From NCBI GenBank assembly GCA_043818355.1, contig JBDRFX010000008.1:1-56761 (forward strand): DNA of 56,761 nucleotides, read 5' to 3'. This stretch comes from Patescibacteria group bacterium. Its GTDB lineage: Bacteria > Patescibacteriota > Minisyncoccia > Minisyncoccales > DG-74-3. Each line of letters begins with the position of its first letter. The first letter of the stretch is position 1. Shown piece after piece: positions 44,204 to 52,724 of this stretch. Under the pieces are notes generated by a model that did not search any database, was not told the origin of the DNA, and saw nothing but the letters and a program-made list of their open reading frames with translations. A program made the position numbers and the translations under genes.

Positions 44204-45214
44204 ATGTTTGTTAAAAAAATTGGAATTGATTTGGGAACATGTAATTCATTGGTTTTTTTACCTCACAAAGGAGTGGTTTTAAGGGAACCCTCTGTTGTGG
44301 CTGTAGATTTGCAAGATAATTCAATTTTAGCTGTGGGGGAAAAAGCCAAAGAAATGCTTGGTCGTACACCAGACACCATAAGAGTTTATCGTCCTTTGAA
44401 AGATGGTGTTATTGCTGATTATAGAGTTACTCAAGCCATGTTGAAGTATTTTATAGATAAAGTTTCGGGATCATGGAGATTCATTAAACCAGAGCTTTTA
44501 ATCGGTGTTCCAGCAGGCTCTACTTCTACAGAAAAAAGAGCTGTTGTGGAGGCGGGATTGGCAGCTGGTGCCAGGGCTGTTTATTTGGCTAAAGAACCCA
44601 TTTTGGCAGCTATTGGAGCAGATGTACCAATTAATTCATGCTCTGGCAATATGGTGGTTGACATTGGAGGAGGAACAGCAGAAGTAGCAGTTATTTCTTT
44701 GGGAGGAATAGTCACTTTTAGATCCTTGAGAGTAGCTGGAGACAAAATAGACGTTTCTATATCAGAATTTATTAAAAGGAAATATAATTTGGCTGTGGGG
44801 GAAAGAACAACAGAAATTATTAAAATGGAAATAGGATCAGCCATCCCAGAAAAAGAAGTTAGGATTATGGAAGTTAAGGGGAGAGATTTGATTTCTGGAT
44901 TACCAAGAATGATTAAAATTTCTTCTAATGAGGTTTGTGAGGCTATTTCAGATTCACTACAAGAAATTATTAAAGAAATTAAGTTGGTTTTAAAAGACAC
45001 CCCTCCCGAATTATCAGCCGATATTATGGACAAGGGAATGGTTTTGACTGGCGGGGGATCTTTGATTAGGAATTTGCCCACGTTAATTGCAAGGTCTACT
45101 GGAGTTCCTTGTATTTTGGCTGATGACGCTCTTTATTGTGTAGCTAGAGGAGCAGGATTAATTTTAGAAAATTTAGATTTGTACAAAAAGAGCATTATGG
45201 TTAAAAGGCAATGA
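44204..45214 (+). CDS. mreB: MreB/Mbl-family actin-like protein, paralogue 1
   Basis: GIDLGTCNS, VPAGSTSTEKRAV, VVDIGGGTAEVAVISLGG, LTGGGSLIRNL. Confidence 0.88.
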   Translation: MFVKKIGIDLGTCNSLVFLPHKGVVLREPSVVAVDLQDNSILAVGEKAKEMLGRTPDTIRVYRPLKDGVIADYRVTQAMLKYFIDKVSGSWRFIKPELLIGVPAGSTSTEKRAVVEAGLAAGARAVYLAKEPILAAIGADVPINSCSGNMVVDIGGGTAEVAVISLGGIVTFRSLRVAGDKIDVSISEFIKRKYNLAVGERTTEIIKMEIGSAIPEKEVRIMEVKGRDLISGLPRMIKISSNEVCEAISDSLQEIIKEIKLVLKDTPPELSADIMDKGMVLTGGGSLIRNLPTLIARSTGVPCILADDALYCVARGAGLILENLDLYKKSIMVKRQ

Positions 45215-46071
45215 AAACCATAGGACATAGAAAACAATGGGAATTTTTAAAAAACAGTTTTGAATCTGATAAATTATCTCATGCCTATATCTTTTCTGGT
45301 CAAAAAAAATTAGGGAAAAGAACAGTCGCCCTAGAATTAGCTTCTTTAATTACCAATTCTGCTAATTTAAATCAAAATCCGGATTTTGTTTTCATAGAGT
45401 CTCAGAATCAGAAAATTTTAATAGATCAAATCAGAGATTTAATTTGGAGAATGTCTCTTAAAAGTCCCATTGATTCTTTTAAAATAGCTGTTATTGACGA
45501 CGCTCATTTGATGGGAATAGATGCACAACATGCCATATTGAAAACCCTAGAAGAGCCGAAGGGCAAATCGGTTATGATTTTGATAAGTGAAAAGCCTGAG
45601 TTATTATTACCCACAATTTCTTCTAGATGCGAAATGGTTAAATTTTATTTAGTTTCCAATCAAGAAATATTAGAATATTTGAAAGATAAAACAGAAGAAG
45701 AAAAAATTAAAGAAATTATTGAGTTGAGTGGGGGAAGACCGGGAGAGGCAATTGATTTTATTGAATATCCAGAAAAACTAAAACAGAGGAAGGTCATTAT
45801 TAATAAATTCAATGAATTAATTAACTCTTCTTTAGCCGAAAGATTCAAATACGCTAAAGAATTATCTCAAAAAGATGACCATAAAGAGGAAATAGAAATA
45901 TGGATTAGTTTTTTAAGAAATAAGTTGATAAAAAGCGTACGAGACGAGAATGTTGAATCCATAATTAAAATTAAAAAAAGTTTAAATGTTTTACAAAGAA
46001 TTAATTCTCTCATTGCTAGTACTAATATTAATGCAAAATTAGCAATAGAAAATATACTTTTAAGTATTTAA
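45211..46071 (+). CDS. holB: DNA polymerase III delta' subunit-like clamp-loader protein
   Basis: HAYIFSGQKKLGKRT, LKTLEEP, SRC sensor motif. Confidence 0.75.
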   Translation: MKTIGHRKQWEFLKNSFESDKLSHAYIFSGQKKLGKRTVALELASLITNSANLNQNPDFVFIESQNQKILIDQIRDLIWRMSLKSPIDSFKIAVIDDAHLMGIDAQHAILKTLEEPKGKSVMILISEKPELLLPTISSRCEMVKFYLVSNQEILEYLKDKTEEEKIKEIIELSGGRPGEAIDFIEYPEKLKQRKVIINKFNELINSSLAERFKYAKELSQKDDHKEEIEIWISFLRNKLIKSVRDENVESIIKIKKSLNVLQRINSLIASTNINAKLAIENILLSI

Positions 46072-46075
46072 AAAT

Positions 46076-46633
46076 ATGTACGAAGAAATTATCAAAAATA
46101 TTAAACCAGAACTTCAAAAGGTAGTAGATTTTTTAGAAAAAGAAATAGCTAAAGTTAGAACTAATAGAGTTTCAGCTTCCTTGGTTGAAGACATTGAGGT
46201 AAATTGTTTTAATCAAAAATTCACATTGAAGCAATTGGCAGCCATTTCTACTCCCAAACCAAGAGAGATTGTTGTTCAACCTTGGGATTCTTCATATTTG
46301 GAGTCCATAGAAAAAGCCTTATTTGCCGATAAATCACTACAAGCTAGCCCAGTTGTTGATGGAGAAGTTGTTAGAATCAATTTTCCTCCTCTAAGCACAG
46401 AATACAGAGAAACTTTATTAAAATTAATTTCACAAAAAAAAGAAGAATCACGTCAGACAATAAGAAGATGGAGACAGGAAGCCTGGGATAAAATTCAGAA
46501 TTTCACTAGAGAAGGCAAGATTAGAGAAGACGATAAATTTAGGGCTAAAGATAAGCTTCAAGAGCTGGTTGACGAGTATATTGAGAAAATTGAGGCAATA
46601 ATTGAAAAAAAGAAAAACGAAATTTCAGAATAA
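46076..46633 (+). CDS. frr: Ribosome recycling factor
   Basis: 185 aa, R.GR..........V..YG, IP.LT.E.R..L.K. Confidence 0.92.
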   Translation: MYEEIIKNIKPELQKVVDFLEKEIAKVRTNRVSASLVEDIEVNCFNQKFTLKQLAAISTPKPREIVVQPWDSSYLESIEKALFADKSLQASPVVDGEVVRINFPPLSTEYRETLLKLISQKKEESRQTIRRWRQEAWDKIQNFTREGKIREDDKFRAKDKLQELVDEYIEKIEAIIEKKKNEISE

Positions 46634-47700
46634 TGTTTTTTAATATTTTTATCATATTATTAACACTAATCTTTTTAGCAGCAATCCATGAATTTGGTCA
46701 TTTTATTTTTGCTAAAAGATCTGGCGTTGTTGTAGAAGAATTTGGAATAGGATATCCTCCTAGGATTTTTGGTAAGAAAATGGGGGATACTTTTTATTCT
46801 TTGAATTGGTTACCGTTTGGAGCTTTTATTAAAATAGAGGGCGAAGAAAGTATTGATGCTTATAAAAACAAAACTATTGGACAGAGAGCTTTAATGGCAA
46901 TTGGAGGACCAATGTTTTCTTGGCTTGCCGGAGTTGTTTTATTAGCCATTATTTTTTTAACGGGAACATATGTGGCGATACCGGATGAAATTGAATCAGT
47001 TGATGCTAGAGTTCAAATTACTGCCGTGTCTTCTGGATCTCCAGCCGAATCATCGGGCCTTAAGGCTGGAGACATTGTTGTTGCTCTCGAGTCTACTTTA
47101 GAAGAAAAAATACAAATTAATAAGATTATTGATGTTCAAGAATTTATTGAAAAAAATAAAGGCAAGGAAGTGATTATATTGATTGAAAGAGCTAATAATA
47201 TATCTGAAGTTTCTCTTATTCCCAGAATAAATGTTCCAATTGGAGAGGGATCTATGGTAGTATCTTTGACCAGAACGACTCTAAAAAAAATTCCTTTTAG
47301 ATCTGTTTTTTATGAAGCTTTCGCCAATGCCATAATGCTGACAAAACAAATTACATTAGGTTTTATTGGAATATTCCAAAAAATCTTTAGCGGAAAATCT
47401 TTAACTGGAGTAGCTGTTGTCGGGCCTATAGGGATAGGTTCTTTGGCTAATCAAGCTATTGAAACGGGGATTGTTTTTTATCTTCAATTTGTAGCGATTA
47501 TAACTATTCACTTGGCTATTTTTAATCTTTTGCCCATACCAGCACTGGACGGAGGAAAGATATTATTTTTAGGATTAGAAAAAATTAATAAAAGACCGTT
47601 GAATTCAAATGTAGAAGAAAAAATCAATTCACTATTTTTTATGTTATTAATTATCTTAATGGTGATTATTGCTATAAAAGACATTATTAAATTTTTGTAA
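46633..47700 (+). CDS. rseP: RIP metalloprotease RseP (M50 with PDZ domain)
   Basis: HEFGHF, PDZ segment GSPAESSGLKAGD, NLLPIPALDGG. Confidence 0.9.
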   Translation: MFFNIFIILLTLIFLAAIHEFGHFIFAKRSGVVVEEFGIGYPPRIFGKKMGDTFYSLNWLPFGAFIKIEGEESIDAYKNKTIGQRALMAIGGPMFSWLAGVVLLAIIFLTGTYVAIPDEIESVDARVQITAVSSGSPAESSGLKAGDIVVALESTLEEKIQINKIIDVQEFIEKNKGKEVIILIERANNISEVSLIPRINVPIGEGSMVVSLTRTTLKKIPFRSVFYEAFANAIMLTKQITLGFIGIFQKIFSGKSLTGVAVVGPIGIGSLANQAIETGIVFYLQFVAIITIHLAIFNLLPIPALDGGKILFLGLEKINKRPLNSNVEEKINSLFFMLLIILMVIIAIKDIIKFL

Positions 47701-47701
47701 A

Positions 47702-48967
47702 ATGAAACAATCTAAACTTTTAGTAAAAACTCAAAAATCAGCACCAAAAATAGCAGAAGCTATTTCTCATCAATTGTTATTAAGGGGGGACTTTATTTCT
47801 CAACTTACTTCAGGAGTTTATAGTTTTTTACCATTGGGAATGAGAGTTTATAGAAAGATAGAGAGCATTGTAAGAGAAGAAATGGAGGCCCTAGGCGCTC
47901 AAGAAATTTTTATGCCCTCTTTAATTCCTCAACAATTATGGTTAGAGACTAAAAGATGGACAGAAATTGATCCTCCTTTATTTCAAGTTAAAGATAGGCA
48001 TAATAAATTATATGGTCTTGGACCAACCCATGAAGAGGTGGTGACAGATTTGGTTAGACAAAGAGTGAAGTCATATAAAGATTTACCTTTTTCTGTTTTT
48101 CAAATTCAAAATAAATTTAGGAACGAGATGAGAGCCCAGGGAGGATTATTGAGAACCAGAGAGTTTATTATGAAAGATCTTTATAGTTTTCATAAAAACG
48201 AAAAAGAAGTTGAGGTGTTCTATGAAAAAGTTAAAAAAGCTTATTTCAACATTCTTAAAAGAGTGGGCTTGAATCCAATTTGTGTTGCGGCTGACTCAGG
48301 AACTATAGGTGGTAGTTTTTCTAATGAATTTATGATAGTTGCTGAGGTGGGAGAAGATAAAATATTAGTTTGTCCAAAATGTAAATTTTCTTCTAATATT
48401 GAAAAATCAGGTATGATTAAGAATTGTCCCAACTGCAAGACTGTCTTGGAAGTTAAAAAAGCCATAGAGGTTGGACATATTTTTATATTAGGAACAAAAT
48501 ATAGCGAAGCCATGAAGGCTAATTTTACTGATGAAAAAGGTGAAACTAAACCAATCATTATGGGTTGCTATGGAATAGGATTGCCAAGATTATTGTCTGC
48601 AATAGTAGAAGTAAATAATGATGAAAGAGGAATTATTTGGCCACAAAACATAGCTCCATTTCAAGTTCATTTACTTTCTACTGCAGAAAATAAAAAAGTA
48701 GAAAGCGCAACTGAAAAGTTGTATAACGAACTTAAAAAGGCTAATATTGAAGTATTGTACGATGACAGAAACGATAAATCTTTTGGTGAAAAACTTTTTG
48801 ATTCTGATTTGATTGGTATTCCTTGGAGAGTTGTAGTTTCTGAAAAAACCTTGAAAGAAGATGCTTTTGAGATTAAAAATAGAGGGAAGAAAAAAATAGA
48901 ATTAGTAGATTCAAAAAAAATTATTAAAGAATTGAGCTCATGTTTGAAGAAACAAGAGAGAAAATAA
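47702..48967 (+). CDS. proS: Proline--tRNA ligase, bacterial-type core with the INS domain replaced by a short 4-Cys segment
   Basis: SGVYSFLPLG, DSGTIGGSFSNEF, then CPKC...CPNC, then EVGHIFILGTKYS and CYGIGLPR. 421 aa. Confidence 0.9.
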   Translation: MKQSKLLVKTQKSAPKIAEAISHQLLLRGDFISQLTSGVYSFLPLGMRVYRKIESIVREEMEALGAQEIFMPSLIPQQLWLETKRWTEIDPPLFQVKDRHNKLYGLGPTHEEVVTDLVRQRVKSYKDLPFSVFQIQNKFRNEMRAQGGLLRTREFIMKDLYSFHKNEKEVEVFYEKVKKAYFNILKRVGLNPICVAADSGTIGGSFSNEFMIVAEVGEDKILVCPKCKFSSNIEKSGMIKNCPNCKTVLEVKKAIEVGHIFILGTKYSEAMKANFTDEKGETKPIIMGCYGIGLPRLLSAIVEVNNDERGIIWPQNIAPFQVHLLSTAENKKVESATEKLYNELKKANIEVLYDDRNDKSFGEKLFDSDLIGIPWRVVVSEKTLKEDAFEIKNRGKKKIELVDSKKIIKELSSCLKKQERK

Positions 48968-50004
48968 AAAATTTTATTTATCATGATATTGCTATTGACT
49001 TGGGAACAACAAATTCTCTAGTTTATGTTAGAGGCAGGGGAATTGTTATGCATGAACCCTCAGTAGTAGCTATTAATCAAAAGACAGGACAAGTTTTAGC
49101 TATTGGAGAAGAGGCCAAAAAAATGGTTGGTAGAACTCCCGCCCACATTGTCGCCACTAGACCATTGATTTCAGGAGTTGTTTCTGACTTTGAGGTGACG
49201 GAGCAAATGTTAAGATATTTCATCGAAAAAGCTAGAAGAAAAAGATTTATTTTAAATCCTAGACCAAGAGTGATTGTTGGTATTCCTTCTGGTGTGACAG
49301 AGGTTGAAAAAAAAGCCGTTTCAGATGCTACTAGAAACGCAGGAGCCAGAGAAGTGTTTTTAATAGAGGAACCAATGGCTTCAGCTATTGGAGCTAGGCT
49401 ACCTGTCCAAGAGCCTTCGGGTATATTTATTGTAGAAATAGGAGGGGGAACTACTGAAGTAGCAGTAATTTCTTTGGGAGGATTAGTTTTGGCAAAATCT
49501 TTAAGGGTAGCAGGAGACAGATTGAATCAAGATATCATCCAATTTGCTGAGCAAGAATATAAATTGTTAATTGGTCCAAGAACAGCAGAAGCCATTAAGA
49601 TAGGAATAGGCTCAGCTTTTCCCCAGAAAGACAAAATGGAAATGCCAATGCGTGGCAGGAACTTAGTAACGGGACTGCCAGAAGAAATATTAGTTTCAAG
49701 TCCCGAAGTAAGAATTGCCATGGAAAAATCAGTCAGCTTAATTGTTAATGAGATCAAGTCAGCCATTGAAGAAACTCCACCTGAGCTTTTGGCCGACATT
49801 ATGGCTTCAGGCATTCATATGGCAGGAGGGGGATCCTTGCTGAGAGGATTAGACATCTTGGTACAAAGAGAAACAAAAATTCCTACCAAAAGAGTTGAAG
49901 ATCCAATGACGGCAGTGGTTAGAGGAGCTGGTATGGTTTTAGAAAATCTTGATGAGTTGAAAGAAGTTTTGGTAGAAACAGAATATCTAGACCCACCAAG
50001 ATAG
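48940..50004 (+). CDS. mreB: Rod-shape protein MreB, paralogue 2 (more canonical)
   Basis: IAIDLGTTNSLVYV, IPSGVTEVEKKAV, IVEIGGGTTEVAVISLGG, MAGGGSLLRGLD. Confidence 0.92.
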   Translation: MFEETREKIKNFIYHDIAIDLGTTNSLVYVRGRGIVMHEPSVVAINQKTGQVLAIGEEAKKMVGRTPAHIVATRPLISGVVSDFEVTEQMLRYFIEKARRKRFILNPRPRVIVGIPSGVTEVEKKAVSDATRNAGAREVFLIEEPMASAIGARLPVQEPSGIFIVEIGGGTTEVAVISLGGLVLAKSLRVAGDRLNQDIIQFAEQEYKLLIGPRTAEAIKIGIGSAFPQKDKMEMPMRGRNLVTGLPEEILVSSPEVRIAMEKSVSLIVNEIKSAIEETPPELLADIMASGIHMAGGGSLLRGLDILVQRETKIPTKRVEDPMTAVVRGAGMVLENLDELKEVLVETEYLDPPR

Positions 50005-50029
50005 AATTAGAAATTAAAGATTTCTAATT
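50005..50029. promoter_or_regulatory. Perfect 10-bp hairpin AATTAGAAAT-TAAAG-ATTTCTAATT filling the mreB2-gatC spacer
   Basis: Arms are exact reverse complements; no T-run follows. Confidence 0.35.
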
Positions 50030-50038
50030 ACCAAAAAA

Positions 50039-50326
50039 ATGATTGATAAAGAACAGGTTAAACATATAGCTAAATTAGCAAGAATAGGTCTTACTGATGA
50101 AAAGATTGAAAAAATGCAGAAAGAACTTTCTGCTATTTTGGATTATTTTGAAAAATTAAAAGAAGTTGATGTTTCTGATGTTGAGCCTACTTCTCACTCT
50201 ATGAGCTTAGAGAACGTTTTTAGAGAGGACGAGGAGAATAAGCAAAGATTAGAAAAAGATTTGATTGATATGGCACCAGACAAGAAAGACGGTTATTTGA
50301 AGGTGAGATCAATTTTAGATAAGTGA
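50039..50326 (+). CDS. gatC: Glutamyl/aspartyl-tRNA amidotransferase subunit C
   Basis: V.HIAKLARI.L.; 95 aa; precedes gatA. Confidence 0.9.
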   Translation: MIDKEQVKHIAKLARIGLTDEKIEKMQKELSAILDYFEKLKEVDVSDVEPTSHSMSLENVFREDEENKQRLEKDLIDMAPDKKDGYLKVRSILDK

Positions 50327-50330
50327 AAAT

Positions 50331-51779
50331 ATGGAATTAACCAAACTATCAATTAAAGAAATCCATGAAGGTTTAAAGTCAAAACAGTTTTTGGCTATTG
50401 ATCTTTGTAATGCCTATCTTGATAACATTGAAAAGAAAGATAAAGAGATTAATGCTTTTTTAACTGTAAGCAAAGATTTGGCTTTATCTCAAGCTGGGAA
50501 AGTTGATGAAATGATTGCTAATGGGGAGGATATTCCTTTGTTGGCAGGAGTTCCAATCGCTGTCAAAGATTTAATTTTGGTTAAAGGATTAAAGTGTACT
50601 GCAGGATCTAAAATTTTAGAAAATTATATTGCTCCATATGACGCAACAGTTATTACAAAGCTTAAAGAACAAGGAATTGTTATTTTGGGCAAAACCAATA
50701 TGGATGAATTTGCTATGGGTGCTTCAGGAGAAAATTCAGCTTATGGTCCGACTAAGAATCCTAATGATTTAGAAAGAGTTCCAGGAGGATCTTCTTCTGG
50801 TAGCGCTGCTGCTGTAGCATCAGACATGTGTTGTTTTGCTTTAGGAACTGATACAGGTGGCTCTATTCGTCAGCCATCTTCTTTCTCTGGAATAGTTGGC
50901 ATCAAACCTACCTATGGAGCTGTGTCTAGATATGGAGTTATAGCCATGGCTTGTTCTTTGGATCATGTTGGAGTTTTAGCAAAAACTAGCGAAGACGCTA
51001 GAATAGCTTTCGATGGTATTTCTGGTCCAGACCCACTTGATTCTACTAGTGCTCAAATGGCAACTGTTAGTAATACTGCTCCTAAAGAAAAAATTAAAAT
51101 TGAAAATTTGAGAATTGGTGTTCCCAAAGAATATTTTATTGATGGAATGGATAAGGGAGTGGAGGTTTTGATTAAAGAGGCTATTAAAAAATATGAAAAA
51201 GCAGGAGCTAAGATAGAAGAAATTAGTTTGCCACATACAGAATATGCTATTGCCACTTATTATATTATTGTTCCGAGTGAAGTTTCTGCTAATATGGCAA
51301 GATTTGATGGGATTAAGTATGGATACTCAGCTTTAAGAAATAATCGTGAAGATTGTGAGAATCTATTAGATGTTTACCTTAAATCACGCGGAGAGGGCTT
51401 TGGAGAAGAGGTAAGAAGAAGAATATTAATAGGAACGTATGTTTTATCCGCTGGTTATTACGACGCCTATTATTTGAAAGCTCAGAAAGTGAGAACTTTA
51501 ATTAAAAAAGATTTTGAAAAAGCCTTTGAAAATGTTGATGTTATTTTGGCTCCAACAACACCTAATACAGCTTTTAAGATAGGTGAGAATGTTTCAGATC
51601 CTTTGACAATGTATCTTTGTGATGTATTCACAGCACCACTGGACTTAGCTGGTATGCCAGGATTGGCTATTCCTTGTGGTAAAGTCAATAATCTTCCTGT
51701 CGGGTTACAGATTATTGGGAAGCCATTCTCTGAATCTCAAATTTTTGATGTTGCTGATGCCTTTAAAGAGTTAAAATAA
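50331..51779 (+). CDS. gatA: Glutamyl/aspartyl-tRNA amidotransferase subunit A
   Basis: Amidase signature GGSSSGSAAAVA, GTDTGGSIRQP. Confidence 0.95.
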   Translation: MELTKLSIKEIHEGLKSKQFLAIDLCNAYLDNIEKKDKEINAFLTVSKDLALSQAGKVDEMIANGEDIPLLAGVPIAVKDLILVKGLKCTAGSKILENYIAPYDATVITKLKEQGIVILGKTNMDEFAMGASGENSAYGPTKNPNDLERVPGGSSSGSAAAVASDMCCFALGTDTGGSIRQPSSFSGIVGIKPTYGAVSRYGVIAMACSLDHVGVLAKTSEDARIAFDGISGPDPLDSTSAQMATVSNTAPKEKIKIENLRIGVPKEYFIDGMDKGVEVLIKEAIKKYEKAGAKIEEISLPHTEYAIATYYIIVPSEVSANMARFDGIKYGYSALRNNREDCENLLDVYLKSRGEGFGEEVRRRILIGTYVLSAGYYDAYYLKAQKVRTLIKKDFEKAFENVDVILAPTTPNTAFKIGENVSDPLTMYLCDVFTAPLDLAGMPGLAIPCGKVNNLPVGLQIIGKPFSESQIFDVADAFKELK

Positions 51780-51818
51780 AAATAGACTTTTTGAGTAATT
51801 TATTGTATAAAAACATAT

Positions 51819-52331
51819 ATGGTAAGTGAAGTGTTGTCATATTTAATATCTCCAAAATTTCAGAATGAACTTTTTCCTGTAAAAATAGTGCTCTTGTTAT
51901 TCGCTGTTTTTTTCGGAATTTCTACTATTATATTTTTCTTTAAAACAAGCTGGTTCGAGGAAGTTTTCTTAAGAGATTTTATTGAAATATGGACTTATAG
52001 TCCACATTGGAAAAGGGGAGCTAAGAGCAAATGGAACAAGATTATTAAAAGATTAAAGAAAGGAAAAGAAGCGGAGCTAAAATTAGCTGTTATTGATGCT
52101 GATCAAATGTTAGCAGATGTTTTAAATAAAATTGGATATCCTGGAGAAACATTGTCGGAAAGCTTGGCCAAAATTGATGTAGAAACTTTAACCAATCTTG
52201 AAGAAGTTAAAGAGGCTCATAAGATAGCTAGCAATGTTATGCATGATCCTGATTATGATTTAGATATTAATTCAGCGGAAAAGGTTTTGAGAGCGTACAA
52301 GAATGCATTAATATCTTTAGAAGCGTTTTAG
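51819..52331 (+). CDS. Hypothetical protein with one N-terminal TM segment
   Basis: ORF with a hydrophobic segment VKIVLLLFAVFFGISTIIFFF; no recognisable motif. Confidence 0.5.
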   Translation: MVSEVLSYLISPKFQNELFPVKIVLLLFAVFFGISTIIFFFKTSWFEEVFLRDFIEIWTYSPHWKRGAKSKWNKIIKRLKKGKEAELKLAVIDADQMLADVLNKIGYPGETLSESLAKIDVETLTNLEEVKEAHKIASNVMHDPDYDLDINSAEKVLRAYKNALISLEAF

Positions 52332-52360
52332 TCATTTTTTGAGTTTTTTGACTTTGTAAA

Positions 52361-52389
52361 TTGATTAATTTGCAAATTTTGTGTATGAT
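52361..52389 (+). promoter_or_regulatory. Promoter TTGATT-N17-TATGAT for the tRNA cluster
   Basis: Hexamers and spacer read directly. The -10 ends 22 nt before the first tRNA. Confidence 0.5.
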
Positions 52390-52411
52390 GAGATTTGAAA
52401 AGATTTGATAT

Positions 52412-52482
52412 CGCGGTGTGGAGGAGTAGTACCTTGCCAGGCTCATAACCTGGAGGCCCTGGTGCAATTCCAGGCACCGCAA
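52412..52482 (+). tRNA. Initiator tRNA-fMet (anticodon CAT); no encoded CCA
   Basis: Acceptor CGCGGTG/CACCGCA gives a C1-A72 mismatch. A11:U24 in the D-stem GAGG/CCTT. Anticodon loop CTCATAA. Close to the E. coli initiator over the acceptor and anticodon arms. Confidence 0.82.
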
Positions 52483-52507
52483 CAAGAATTGTGGGTGTTG
52501 TGTGTGG

Positions 52508-52579
52508 GGCGGTGTAGCTCAGTGGTAGAGCAGCGGCATCATAAGCCGTCGGTCGCGGGTTCGAGTCCCTCCACCGCCA
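52508..52579 (+). tRNA. tRNA with anticodon CAT (elongator Met or lysidine-modified Ile2)
   Basis: Acceptor GGCGGTG/CACCGCC, D-arm GCTC-AGTGGTA-GAGC, anticodon loop ATCATAA, T-loop TTCGAGT. Confidence 0.85.
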
Positions 52580-52585
52580 CAAAAT

Positions 52586-52661
52586 GCGGGCGTAGCTTAG
52601 TTTGGTTTAAAGTGCCTCCCTGTCACGGAGGAGATCGTGGGTTCAAATCCCATCGCCCGCG
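52586..52661 (+). tRNA. tRNA-Asp (anticodon GTC)
   Basis: Acceptor GCGGGCG/CGCCCGC, anticodon stem CCTCC/GGAGG with loop CTGTCAC, T-arm GTGGG-TTCAAAT-CCCAT, discriminator G. Confidence 0.9.
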
Positions 52662-52682
52662 CATTTGTTTTTTTATCCACAG

Positions 52683-52707
52683 AAAAGAGTTGAATTTAAC
52701 TCTTTTT
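52683..52707 (+). terminator. Intrinsic terminator AAAGAGTT-GAATTT-AACTCTTT followed by TTT, after the tRNA cluster
   Basis: 8-bp stem followed by a T-run. Confidence 0.65.
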
Positions 52708-52724
52708 TGAGTTAAAATTAGAAT

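Noticed and set aside
52328-52710. ORFs 52328..52582 (-) and 52405..52710 (+) in the only GC-rich patch of the window
   Set aside because: The GC-rich patch is explained by three hand-foldable tRNAs (fMet, CAT, Asp), and the ORFs simply read through them.
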